A DNA stretch of 64,000 bases. Origin: Lama guanicoe. Its lineage: Eukaryota. A program made the position numbers and the translations under genes. The stretch covers positions 2,620,283 to 2,684,282 of the forward strand of contig MU053561.1 of NCBI GenBank assembly GCA_013239625.1. Reading direction: 5' to 3'. The notes beneath the pieces were generated by a model. The model worked only from the letters and a program-made list of their open reading frames with translations, made no database searches and was not told the origin of the DNA. Below, piece by piece: positions 11,790 through 24,976 of the stretch. How positions within the stretch are numbered: the first letter of the stretch is position 1; the number at the start of each line of letters is the position of its first letter.

Positions 11790-12263
11790 CTGCCTGCAGC
11801 AGGTGCTCCCGGTGCCGCGCCCTGCCCTGATCAGCTGGAGCGCTGTGCTCCCAACTGCTGCCGGTGTTGGCTGCTAGGCTCTCACACCTGTACCCTTCTC
11901 CAGAGGACTGGCCTTGGCTGACAGAAGCCACCTTCTGGAGAGCCCACCTTCCCAGGTAAAGAAACACTACCCCTCCCCAGCCACTCACTGGGGACAATGA
12001 CTGACCAACTGGCAGGGGTTTGGGAGGGGGAGGGGGATAAAAGCCCACTCCTTTAGCTCACAGAGGCCACACTGTGTGGTACAACTCTGGAGCTTTCCAT
12101 AGGGAGCTAGACTTGTTTTGAGCTCGTATCTTTGCCTGGCTTCTTTCCCTGCTGTCTTGATTCCCTCTCTCCCTCGCAGTTTCCTCCTGAGAGCACACCT
12201 TCAATTAAAAATCACCTGCATGCTCATCTCAGGCTTTGCTTCTGGGGAACCAGACCTAAGACA
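11790..12263 (+). mobile_element. LTR16-like ERVL LTR
   Basis: 3' end ...caattaaaaatcacctgcatgctcatctcaggctttgcttctggggaaccagacctaagaca matches the LTR16-type terminus; 5' boundary approximate. Confidence 0.65.
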
Positions 12264-14225
12264 CTGCCTCTAAAGGGCGGAGATATTCCCCTCCCTCCCC
12301 CTGCCTTGGCACAGGAACACCCTGGCACTCGGCCCACTGAGGCCACATGTCATTTCCAGAAGAGAATTCTTCACAGCCCATAGGATGTGTGGGGAAACCC
12401 AAATTACAACCTGTGTTTAATTATTCAGAATCTTCTACCCATGCAGTCCAAGAGTGCAAAGTTCTGGAAAATTGTGATCTGCAAGATAACAGTTACTTAT
12501 AGCTTTTGCAGTTAAACTGGAGAAAAAGACGTTTATATTAAGGCCACAATTGGTGACCAATTAATTTACTGAGAAAGGACATTTAAATGATTTACTTGTG
12601 TACATCTCTATACATGAACTTTACAGGTGAAAAGGGCATTGCATTATTCCAATTTTTAAAAAGGATCCCCCCCGACCCCTTCCTGGCGTCTCCACAGGAC
12701 CAGCAGCTCACTGAAGGCCTCGGTTCCTCCTTCCTTACCCCCGAGGACAGAGCTGACCACACGGTTGGTCTGGATGGGTTTCTCTCTTTCCCTTTTCTTA
12801 CATCTTCCACAAACCCTCCTCCTTGTTCCCACCTCGAGAGCTCAACCACAGCCCGGTTCCCCACCAGAGTCCCTTTCGGTGTCAGTCAACTAGTCCAGGG
12901 GTCAGGACACAGTGTAGCCTGCAGGTCAGCCCAGCCCACCACCTGTTCCTGTAAGTACAGCTCCCCTGGAACACAGCCGGGCCCATTTGTTTAGATTATT
13001 CTCTTTGGCGGCTGGTTTGGCTCCACAACAAGAGTGGAGCAGCTGCCCAGAGACCACCCGGCCCAGAGAGCCGAAATACCTCCTCCCTGGGTCCTTTACA
13101 CAAAAGGTCTGCCGACCCTGAACTGGCCGCCACCTGAACCTCCAACCGGGGGCCCCACGGGAGCCAGACCTCAGGGGACGTGCTAGTGCTAGTCACACTG
13201 CTCGTGCTCGTCACACTGGGTCCACCGCAGCCCACTCTCACTTCCCCGATAACCTGCCCTTTAACTCAGAATGAAGACCCGCGTCCAGTTTCCACCTCGG
13301 GCCACAGAACTTAGTGAACCCCATACAATCTGGCCTTCTCAGGGCGCAGATCTGTGCGAGGCCACGGCTCTGCCTGTGATGGGGTGTGCGGTACAAAGGC
13401 GCCCCAGGTCACAGCACACAAAAGAGAGACGGGCAGTGGGTCAGGGTCTCCATGGGCTCTTTGGGAGAAGGCGGAGGTGGGGACAGTCCTGCTCAGCAAC
13501 AGAGACACCCAATTGCATCTAACGTCCTTTCAAACCCTGAGGGTCCATGAGTGAAACACCAACTGGCACTGAGGGGCCCAAGCAGAAAAAGAAGGACCGC
13601 TGGTCCCGGGCCCTCAGACATCCTGCTGGGAGGACTAACATTTTCTGCAAAGAAAAGATTTACAAAGGTTTCCTGGGAAGTTAAACTACAACAGCATGCC
13701 CTGGTTACTTGCTGACTCGTTTGCTCTGCTCACTACTTCTTCAGAGACTTAATCGCTATCTGATACTACATCATATGATGGTTTCCTGCTTTTCTGTCTC
13801 CTTAGCTACACTGCCAGCGCCATGAGGGCAGGCTTGGGTGTTTTGATCACGCCTCTATTCCCAGCATCTGGACCAGCACCTGTTTACAGGGGTTCAAGAG
13901 CTATCTGAATGAATAAACAAAACACAAAAAAGGGAGGGAGCTGGACTCTGCCAGTGGTTGCAAACCAGCTTGAATCAACCCCTAAAGTGGCCACTAGATT
14001 GTCTTGATCACACAGATTCAAAGGTCTGGCTGTTTCCAAATGATCTCACCAACTGTTCCATCCATTCAATAAGCCCTTATTAGACACCTAGTGAATACAA
14101 AGTACTGAGCTAGGCAGTTTGGGGATAAGCAGACATCTCCACATCCGGGTAACAACATAGTGGGGATGATAAGAAGAGACACTTACACAAAGCAAGAAGG
14201 GAAGGGGAAGGACAGAGAGAAGTAC

Positions 14226-14333
14226 CTGGGTCCAGGGCTGCTCCTTCAACAGTGATGATACAGAACAGCTTGATCAGATCTCCCCGGACGACCGATGGTG
14301 TGTCCGAGTGCACAGAGGCATTAAATACAGGAC
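14226..14333 (-). CDS. PTGFRN: PTGFRN exon 7 (108 nt): N-terminal part of Ig domain 6
   Basis: Acceptor cttccag|GT, donor CAG|gtact. Translates (G)PVFNASVHSDTPSVVRGDLIKLFCIITVEGAALDP. Confidence 0.96.
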
Positions 14334-17300
14334 CTGGAAGAAAGTAATGCCACCTCATGATCTTCTTTCACACTGTGGCTTAAATTCCATTCTTGGGGCC
14401 CAAATGGGCATCTAAATGTGGGCTCCCTTTCCTTGGAACTGGGCTAGAAATTCAAATAGGTGTTCTAAGGCTGCTTTTCTTCTATTCAGAGAGACACATG
14501 TATTAAGTATATCCAAATGAGCTTCCTCTTAAGAAGACGGCCATGGTCTCATTTGAAGACCACACCACCTCCCATCCTGGTACAGCCTGGGCTGTTTCTG
14601 GCACCATATGTTTCACTTCCAGGCCAGAGTGGCTCACAGATCAGAGGGCTCAGGACCAAATCAGGGAGGATTTTGGTTCTGAGAGTGAGCAGCCTCATTG
14701 TGCTGGGCGCTGGCAACAGACCCTGCTGTGAAGAGGTTGAAATTCAGTAAGGAGACGGACAAGCTGACAATGACAACATTTCTATAAAGTATGGTGGGCA
14801 CATAGAAGGCGATTCTCATCTGCTGAGGGAAATTGAGGCAGCATGGAAATTCCTTTTAAAAATACCACCCAGACAGGATTTGTCTTATATACCTTCCTGA
14901 GAACGCTCCCGCAATATCCCATTTACTGTGATAAAGATCCCTTTTCTTCTTCCACAGGCCAGAAGATGTTTCTGCACAAACCACACTGACTCAGTACCAT
15001 CTACTCACTACAAGGCAGACTTGTTCCAAGCTTTTAAGTTGTAACATAATGACTATATGTATGAGCAACAAAACACGAAAGATTAAGTAAAAACAATTTA
15101 GGGTCAGAAGTTGATAGTATTTATCATAGAGTCAGTTGGATGCATTTGACTGTAGGTATAACTACTATTGTGCTATTTCATTACTATGCACAAATAAATG
15201 ACTTATTAAATGGAAAAAAATATGCCTTGAATGGAAGGAATCTGCAGCTCCTCTCCCCTCCTTAGAGAGAGAGGGGTCAGGTCCGCAGTCTTTGTTTTTC
15301 ACCCCTTTACAGCTCACTTTTAGGTGAGAGTATCACACAGCTTTAAGCCACTCTAATCTTAAGAGCTAAATATTGACCTTATCCCAATTCCTAATATCAA
15401 GAAATAGGCAAACCTGAAGAAGATTCCAGAATACCAATGCTATGAGACTTCCATTGGGTTTTCTGGAAAGCAAAGATAATGGCCCTGGACACTGATTCTG
15501 AAATTCATTAGAAGCTAAGAATACACGTGTGACTGCCTTTAAAATCAGATTACTAGAAAGGAGAAAGTACTTTTTAACATCCAAAAGACATGACCATGAG
15601 AAAGAGACAAAAAAGGTCATGTGAGCCAATGAGGCAAAGCATTGAAAATGCTATATTTTCATTTCAGCATTGAGTTGTAAGATGAATTCATCAGATCACG
15701 TTCCTAACACCAAGTCCACGAGTAACCTGTGTTTTGCTGGGAGAAAGGTGAAGGATGGTTGTAGAACATGGAAACCTAAGGGCGTGGGGCAGCCCTGGGT
15801 GGGTTCTGCAGAGAGCTCAGGTTAGCCAGAGAGCGGCGGGACGATGCTTCACCCCAGTGGACAGAGAACGTAACAGAATGGCAGTCCCAGGACATGGGGA
15901 AAGGGAGGAAAGGGAGGAAAGGACAAGGAATAAAAGGACAAGGAAACTTTACTTCTGGACCATCAAGTCCTTCAGTTAACTCGGCCCTCAGCCACAGTTC
16001 CCTCTGGTCTTTACCACCCTGGCTCTGCTCTGTTTACAGCAGTGAGGTGGGAAAGCATTAAGCCAGCTGCTCTGAGTTGGCTCAGCTGTAATGACTGGGG
16101 GACTGCATGCCGTATATGGCCATCTGTGAGGACAGGTTAGTAGCAACCATGGGGAGCAATGGGGGCCACATTTTTTCCTCCTGCCTCTGACTAAAAATTT
16201 CACGGTTATAAATAGAGCTGTGCTATGAGGCTTTCTTCAACTGTCCAGGCCCCTTCTAGGAGAACACAAAAGGATAAAGCATAAGGAGATCCCCAGAAAG
16301 GATTTAGCTTTCTATTTGCTTAATTTGAAACAGCAAAGAAATTTGGACATATTTCCTTTTCCTTATTTGGACGAATTGCCTTACCTAATTTAGACGATTT
16401 TCACTTTCTTTTTATTTCCGAAGAAAACCCAAAATGCCTTCTAGGTCACAAGTTACAGTTCTCATTTGCCCTCGTGGCCGTGGCCGTGGCCGTGGGAACA
16501 ACAGAGCATCTGTGCTGTGCTCACCATGCAGACAAGGAGGAGGGAAAAGGCCTTCATTGTCAACTATTCGCAGCAGTGGACTTCCTTCTAATGAAATCAA
16601 CAACTCGCTGTAAATGTGGGTCATTATCCCAGGCTTAGAAATATTTTTATTATGGTCAATTTCTGGGGTAATGCTGTTTTTGTGAGGGGATTTGTCTGGT
16701 TAACTTCACAGATGACAGACAATAGCACAGATTATCTAAGCGACAACCAGAGTCACTAGATTTCCTCCAATTCCGAGGCTGCAGAAAGTACACAGACCAC
16801 TTAGCTTTTAAACACAAACATTGATACAAAACAAACCATGCTCCAAATCTAGTCCCTAAAATAAGGCTGTAAGAAAAACAGTATTTTTGTGAAAGCCAAA
16901 ATTGCAGACCATCTGATGTCCATCAATAGGGTAATGAGTAACCAAATTCTAGTAGGTGGAGTCTTTAAAGTTAGTATTTACCTAGAATTTGTTATAACAC
17001 AGAAAATGCTTATCCTCTAATGTTAAAGTAGCAGGGCAGCAGGTCATGAAATTGTATGTATAGCCTGATTTCAAAGTTATCAGGAAAACATGCAAGGGAA
17101 GAATTCTAAGAAGATGAACACCACTAATGAACAGTCTCAGGTAAGATTATGGGTGATTACCTTTTCCTTCTTTCTATTTTACCATATTTTCAAATTTTCC
17201 CCATGGGGGAGAAGAACGTTCTTATTATTCGTTTAAGAGGCCAAAATCTTTAACACTGTCACATTTATACCATCCTACTCCACCTGATACTTTGAGTCAG

Positions 17301-17789
17301 TAAAAGTCATCTTTGAGGAACACAGTCCTCATACCAAGAGGCAAGTGTACTAAAACCAGGGGACAGGAAGGTGGATGTCAGCAAGGACCTCTTTGTTACA
17401 TGTGTTTCAAGGGGTGCTGCTGACTTTTAGGAAGCAATAGCTCTTCAGCATCAAGTCAATGTTTTCCGGGAGCTCTTTAGGACTACGGCATTGGGCTGGG
17501 TGCGGGACTTGATGGCAGCTCCTCTTAATTAAACTGCGAACTGGCCATGACAACATTGTGGATTAAATAAAACAAAACCTTTAGGCAGTCTATTCACCCT
17601 GTAAGTTACAGGGATTTCCTCTGTTATGCTAAGATTTAAAGAACTGAGAAATAGATTCAATACCCATTCCTCACCCAGAAATACATGCAGAAGGTTTTAT
17701 GTCTCCCCTCTTTCTCATAACAGTTTTAAAGAAACATCAAATAAGCAGCAAAACAAGGCGAAATAAAATCTTACAGACAATAAAACAGA

Positions 17790-18160
17790 TACACAAATAA
17801 AGGACAAAAACCACATAATCACTGAATCTCAAGAGTCACAGAAAAAGCATCTGACAACAGCCAATAACTCTTCATGATAAAAATGCTCAATAAGTTAGGA
17901 ATGAAAGAAAACTTCCTCAACTCAATATTCGGCATCTGTGAAAAACCTGTAGCTACCATGGTACTTAATCGTCTAAGATACTTAACGGGGAACATTCTCC
18001 CTAAGACGAGGAACAAGACAAGGACGTCCACTTGTGCCACTACTGTTCAACACTGTACTGGAGGTTCTATCCAGGGCAATTAGGCAAGAAAAATAAATGG
18101 AGGGTGTTCAGTAAAACTGAATGGAAGATGTAAGCCTATCTCTATTTGTAGATGACATGA
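17790..18160 (+). mobile_element. Older L1 (L1MB/MC-like) ORF2 RT fragment, 5' part
   Basis: gcatctgacaa...ttcatgataaaaatgctc...tctatttgtagatgacatgatc encodes a degenerate SLF(A/V)DDMI RT motif. Confidence 0.85.
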
Positions 18161-20388
18161 TCAAGACTCTTACCAAAGTGGGTACAGAGGGCACATATCT
18201 CAACATAATAAAAGCTGTTTATGACAGACCCACAGCCAGCATAGTACTCAACGGTAAAAAACTGAAAGACTTCTTACTAAAATCTGGAACAAGACAAGGA
18301 TGCCCATTCTCACCACTTCTATTCAACACAGTATTGGAAATCCTAGCCACAGCAAGCAGACAAGAAAAAGAAAAAAAAAGGGATCCAAACTGGAAGAGGA
18401 GAGGTAAAATTGTCACTATATGTGGATAACATGACACTATATATATAGAAAAGCTCCACACAAAAACTACTAGAGCTGATAAAAGAATTCAGCAAGGTAG
18501 CAGGATACAAGATTAACATACAGAAATCAGTTGCATTTTTTTACACAAACAATTAAACATCAGAAAGAAAGAGTAAAGAAACAATCCCTTTTAAAATTGC
18601 ATTTAAAACAATAAAATACTTTGGAATAAATCAAATCAAGGAGGTGAAAGACTTATACATGGAGAACTACAAAACATTGATTAAGGAAATTAAAGATGAC
18701 CTAAAGAACTGGAAAGATAGCCCATGCTCTTGGATTGCAAGAATTAAAATGTCCATACTGCCCAAGGCAATCTACAGATTTATTGCAATCCCTATTGAAT
18801 CACCCAGGACATTTTTCACAGAACTAGAACAAATAATCCTAAAATTTGTATGGACGTACAGGAGATCCAGAATTGCCAAAGCAATATTGAAGACAAAGAA
18901 CAAACCTGGAAGAATAACCCTCCCAGACTTCAGACAACACTACAGAGCTACAGTAATCAAAACAGCATGGTACTGACACAAAAACAGACATATGGATCAG
19001 TGGGACAAAATAGAGAGCCCAGAAATAAACCCACGGACCTGCAGTCAATTAATCTTTGACAAAGGAGGCAAGAATATACAGTGGAGAAAAGACAGTCTCC
19101 AGCAAGTGTTGTTGGGAAAACTGGACAGCAGCATGTAAATCAACGGAGTTAGAACACTCCTTTATACCATACACAAAATAAACTCAAAATGGCTTCGAGA
19201 ATTAAATATAAGACAAGACACTATAAATCTCCTAGAAGAAAAAATAGGCAAAACATTTTCTGACATAAATTTAGCAATATTCTCCTAAGACAGTCTACCC
19301 AGGCAATAGAAATAAAAGCAAAAGTAAACAAATGGGACCTAATTAAACTTAGAAGCTTTTGCACAGCAAAGAAAACCATAATCAAAACAAAACAACCACC
19401 TACGGGATGGGAGAAAATATTTGCAAATGATGCGACTGACAAAGGCTTAATTTCCAGGATATTTAAACAACTTATACAATTTAGTAACAACAAAAAATAC
19501 ACTAATCCAAAAATGGGCAGAAGACTTAAGCAAGCAATTCTCCAATGAAGACATACAAATGGCTGATAGGCACATGAAAAGATTCTTAACATCATCAACT
19601 ATCAGAGAAATGCAAATAAAAACAACAATGAGGTATCACCTCACACCAGTCAGAACGGCCATGATTAAAAAGTCCACAAATGATAAATGTTGGAGAGGCT
19701 GTGGAGAAAAGGGAACCCTCCTACACTGATGGTGGAAATGTAGTTTGGTGCAGTCACTATGGAAAACAGTACGGAGATTCCTTAAAAAACTGAAAAAAAG
19801 ACTTACCCTGTGATCCAGTATTCCCACTCTTGGGCTTATATCCAGAGCAAACTCTAATTCGAAAAGATATATGCACCCCAATGTTCATAGCAGCACTATA
19901 TACAATATCCAAGACATGGAAACAACCTAAATGTCCATCAATCTAAATGTCCAAGGACTGGATAAAGAAGTGGTGGTATAGTCATACAATGGAATACTAC
20001 TCAGCCATAAAGAAGAATAAAACTAATGCCATTTTCAGCAACATGGATGGACCTGGAGATGGTCATTCTAAGTGAAGTAAGCCAGAAACAGAAAGAAAAA
20101 TACCATATGATAGCAGTCATATGTGGAATCTAAAAAAAGAAGACACTAATGAACTCATCTACAAAATAGAAATAGACTCGCAGACATAGTAAACAAACTT
20201 ACGGTTACCAAGGGGGACACAGGGTGGGAAGGGATAAATTTGGGAGTTAAAGGTGTGCAAATATTAACTACTATACATAAAACTAGATAAAAAATAAATT
20301 TCTTCTGTATAGCACAGGGAACTATATTCAAAATCTTGTAATAAGTTTTAATGAAAAAGAACATGAAAACAAATACATAAAAATTAAA
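18161..20388 (+). mobile_element. Younger 5'-truncated L1 (ORF2 3' half plus 3'UTR) nested in the older L1
   Basis: ORF pieces [23 protein letters not shown] and [12 protein letters not shown]...[20 protein letters not shown], with frameshifts and stops. The 3'UTR is shared with copies at 39354 and 54215. Confidence 0.93.
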
Positions 20389-22243
20389 TAAAATTCCTAA
20401 GGAATCAACAAAATAACTATTAAAACTAATAAACAAGTTCAGCAAGTTTGCAGGATACAAGTTCAATACCCAAAAAGGCAGTTGTGTTTCTATACTCTTG
20501 CAATGGATAAACTGAAAAGGAAATTAAGGAAGCAATTCATTTACAACAGCATCAAAAAGAATATAATACTTAGACACTACTGTCAGAAACTTGTAAGACT
20601 CAAATAAATGGAAAGAAATATTCATGGATTAGAAAACAACATTGTTAAATGGTAATACTCTCAAAACTCATCTTCAGATTCGACCCAATCCCTATCAAAA
20701 TCCTAGCTGTCTTTTCTGAAGAAATTAATGGGTTAATCCCAAAAGTCACCTGGAAATGCTAGGGACCCAGAATAGCCAAAACAATCCTGAAAAAGAACAA
20801 AGTTTTTGAAGTCACACTTCTTGACTTCAAATCTTACTATAAACATACAGCAACCAAACAATGTGGTAACGGTACAGGAACAGACATAAAGATCAATGGA
20901 ACAAAACTGAGAGTCCAGAAATAAACCCTAACATTCACAGTTAAATGATTTTTGACAAGTGTGCCAAGATAAGTCAACAGGGGAAAGAATAGACTTTTCA
21001 ACAAATGCTGCTTCGACAGCTAGGTATTCATATGCAAAAGAATAAAACTGAATCCTTTCTCTGCACCACACACAAAAATTAACTCAAAATGGATCATAGC
21101 CCTAAATGTAAGAGCGAAAACTACATAACTCTTAGAAGAAACTGCAAGTGTAAATATTCACAGCCTTGGATTAGGCAGTGCTTTTTTAGATATGACACCA
21201 AAAAACACAAGCAATGAGAAGAAAAATATAGGTAAACTGGACTTCATCAAAATAAAAAACTTCAGTGCTTCAAGGGACACCACTGAGAACATAAAAAGAC
21301 TACCCACACAGTGGGAGAGAATATTTTTAAATCATACATCTTATTAAGGGACTTGTATTCAGACGCTATGAAAACTTCACTAGTCAACAATAAAAAGACA
21401 AATACCTCAATTTAAAAATGGGCAAATATTTGAATAGACGTTTCTCCAGAGAAGATACACGTCTGACCGATAACTACATGAAAGACGCTCACCATCGACC
21501 GTCAGTAGGGAAATGCACATCGAAACCACGATGAACTACTACTTCGAACCCACGAGGTTAGCTATAATCAAAAAGATGGCGAATAACAGGGTGAGTGAGA
21601 AGGTGGAACGCACTGCTGGGGGGAATGCAAAGCAGTGCAGCTGCTTTGGAAAACAATTCGGCAGTTCCTCGAAGAATGAGAGAGACTATATGATCCAGAA
21701 CATTCCTAGATGAGAAATGAAAAGTTACATCCACACAAAAAACTTATATCCTAGTGTTTATATCAGCATATTATTACTCATAATAGCCCAAAAGGTGGAA
21801 GGAATCTAAATGTCCATTAACTGATGAACAGTCACAGAAAATGCGGTCCATCTGTACAATGGAATATCATTCAGCCATAAGGAGGAAGGAAGCACTGACA
21901 CAAGATATAACAGGAGGGACCGTGAAAACATTATGCGAAGTGAAAGAAGCCAGTCACCAAAGCCCACTTATATGAGCCAGAGCGTATGAAATGTCCAGAA
22001 GAGGCAAATCTAGAGAGATAGAAAGTAGACTAGTGGTTGCCTAGGGGCTAGAGGTAGAGATGGGAGTGACCGATAATGAGCACAGAGTTTGTTTTTGCAG
22101 TGATTAAAAATGTCTGGAATTAGTGGTGATGGCTGCACAATATATATCTGTGAATATATTAAAAAAAAAACACTGACAACAGTTTACACGAGTGAATTTT
22201 ATGGTATGTTAACTGTATCTCAATAAAGCTGTTAGTAAAAAAC
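20389..22243 (+). mobile_element. Older L1 ORF2 continuation and 3'UTR
   Basis: Resumes at aaattcctaaggaatcaacaaaataactattaaaactaataaacaagttcagcaag, the segment right after FADDMI. Ends ctcaataaagctgttagtaaaaaa. Confidence 0.88.
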
Positions 22244-23282
22244 AAACAAGCAGATGCAGAATGAAAGGTTTGTGTTTCTTCTGCTCTTTCCAAATCTAAG
22301 GGTTTAAATCAATATTTACTTTATATTAACCTAAAGGTTAAGAGACTGTTAGTTGCCAGAATATTATTTCACTATACACTATAAAAGGTTATAATAATAC
22401 AAACTAATGTTAGTAGAAAATAACTTTCACTAAAGCCTACTTTACATTTAATATAAATGTTAATAATTAAATTCAACAAATATCTTGCATTTGTTACACT
22501 GACTCAGTGCCTGGAGTTTTACAGATGAGTATTCATTTACACATTCAGTAATCTTTAGCTGGAACCCAGGGCAGATTTAGTGAAAATATTCAATATTAAA
22601 CTCACAAAGGATGATCTTTTGCTTTGATATTCTAAATAAGATTGAGGATCAAAAAATTTTAAATCATCTACCTGCTGCAACACACACACATACACAGACA
22701 GACTTGTCAGAGGAACTCACATGAGTAAGAAACATTTCCATTTGAGAATATGTACCTATGCAATTAAAAAAGGTGGATCTTTCCACCTCATGGCATAAAA
22801 ACATTTACTTACCAAAGCTAAAATAGGTTCAGAATAGACATAAAAATGCTCCTGTTTTAACTAACCTTCCCGTAAATGAACACAACTCATAATTATTCTT
22901 AACAAAACAGGCTGACATATGTATCCACCCACACTACTACAGCTCTGGAATCTCGACTAATTGGAATTTTTTTCTAGTCCCAAAGCAAGGTGAGGCAGAA
23001 GGCTGGGAGCCTCGTCCCCTGTAGGGAAATACTGCTCTGGTAAGTTAGGCCAAGCACAGCACCTGCCACCTTCAGTCCTAGGGACCTCTAAGAGTAAAGC
23101 CACGGGCTGGATGAGACTTGGATCTTAGCCCTGAATCTTCCACTTTGGGCAAATCATTTCACCCCCTAGAGGTTGAGTCTCTCATCTCTTTATTTATACT
23201 TCACCATGTTCCCTAAAAGATGTGATGTAGGTGTGTTTCAGTTTATCTGTTAAAAAAAGTGAGGGTCAAAAGGAGGGGTAAT

Positions 23283-24485
23283 ATGTTCACACAAAAATTT
23301 GCATACAAATGTTCACAGCAAAGTTATTCATAATAGTCAAGAACCAGAAACACTCAGATGCCCATTAGCTGATGAATGGATAAACAAAACATGGTACATT
23401 CACACAATGGAACATTATTCAGTCATAAAAATGAAGTGCTAACAATTCTGCCTTAAATGCCACAGTACAAAAAAAGAAGAATGTGGTTTTTCTGCGTTTG
23501 ATTTTTTTAAAAACAGTAACAGTGCTGGTAGCTGTGAGTTACATACGTTTATGCAGAGAGAGCGCAGTTTCCTATAGTTACAAAAAAAAAAAGTGTCAAC
23601 ACTTCCCAAGTATGCTAGGATTCCTAAACTCATTTTCTAATACAGAAAATGTGATATTTACTGGCTTTTTTTTTTGCACTTCTCAAGATCAAAATGGTGT
23701 GTACATTTGATTCACATGTACTTAAAAATGTAAACTCTGCAGCTGAAAGAAAAGGTCCCCAATGTTCAGATAACTATGTTTTCTTTTTCTGACTACATTA
23801 TGGTGTTGATACGATCATTTATTTTATGAAATGTTTTCTTTAAAGTACTGTTCTTTTTGACATTAAAGTTTTCATTGTACTACATTTTTCATATAAGACC
23901 AAATCCACTAGTGCCTTTTACAGTGTTTTTCCCTCATGGGGCCACTTAAAGAAGCGGCTATCATTTTGAATTTACACCCTGCCAAAGATAACATAGAAAT
24001 TACACATATTTTCGTTCTTGTTAAAACTCTGTGAGCAACATTTAACAAGATATCATGTTAGATGGCTGGCATTCTCTGGGTACTAAATAAAAAGGCTACA
24101 ATTTTCTAATGCTAAAAAAAAAAAAAGAACGAAGTACTGATAATGTTACAACATGGATGACTCTTGAAAACATAATGCTGAAGTGAAAAAGCCAGACACG
24201 AAGGCTACATATGAGATTCGATTTATGTGAAATGTCCAGAATAGGCAAGTTTATAGAGACACAAAGTAGATGAGCGGTTGCTGGCGGATAGGCGGTTGGA
24301 GAGTTGGGGGCCGGAAGTGAAGGGTGTCAGCTAAGGGTGCAAGTTTTAATTGGATGCAATGAAAATATTCTACAGTTGATTGTGGTGATGGTCATGCATC
24401 CCCTGTGAATATACTGAACTATACATTTAAATGCGTAAATTGTACGGCATGTGAATTATATCTCAATAGAGCTGTTGGAAAAAAA
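23283..24485 (+). mobile_element. Old L1 3' fragment split by an insertion at 23441-24126
   Basis: aatgttcacagca...gatgaatggataaacaaa...cattattcagtcataaaa | insert | gaagtactgataatgttacaacatggatga...tctcaatagagctgtt. Confidence 0.8.
23441..24126 (+). pseudogene. Probable 5'-truncated processed retrocopy (3'UTR only) of an unidentified mRNA
   Basis: AT-rich, unlike any repeat I recognise. AATAAA at 24086-24091, A13 tail at 24114-24126, imperfect TSD aatgaagtgct/aacgaagtact. Confidence 0.65.
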
Positions 24486-24556
24486 TGAAGCCACTGGATC
24501 AAAACCCTAGGGTCTTTTCCAGCTCAGTCAATGATTCAACAGGGTTCCCTGCTCAC

Positions 24557-24976
24557 CTGAGGTTTGGAAGTCTATCTCAATAGGATTGGAGAGACTGGTC
24601 GCTGCTTCCCGCCACAGGCTGCCCCTGACAGGAGACCAGGCCGTCACCACGCAGCGGTACAGCCCTGCATCCGAGACCTGAGTCTGGTACATTCGGTAGC
24701 GAAATTCATCTTCCTGCACTTTCTCTAACACCACACCATCCACCCGTGACGCATCTGTCCAATTCTCCAGCTTCACCACAGAATCCTGGTCCAGGGAAAT
24801 GATGTACTTGGTTTCATTGGGACTGGAGAGGTCCCCAACAGGCTTCTCAGCCGTGATGAGAACGGAGTAGCGTGGTGACTTAATATTTTTGGAAGACACT
24901 TTGCAAGTCATCTCAAATGTATTTCCTGCAGCAAAGAAAGGCTTTGGCTGCCTCGCCTTCACCACAAGCACGGAAT
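24557..24976 (-). CDS. PTGFRN: PTGFRN exon 6 (420 nt): Ig domain 5
   Basis: Acceptor cattgcag|AT, donor CAG|gtgagc. Translates (D)SVLVVKARQPKPFFAAGNTFEMTCKV...DAGLYRC...NPIEIDFQTS. Confidence 0.97.

Noticed and set aside
18121..18976. ORFs with reverse-transcriptase motifs as a novel RT system
   Set aside because: These are frameshifted LINE-1 ORF2 fragments; the first is a chimera of two nested L1s.
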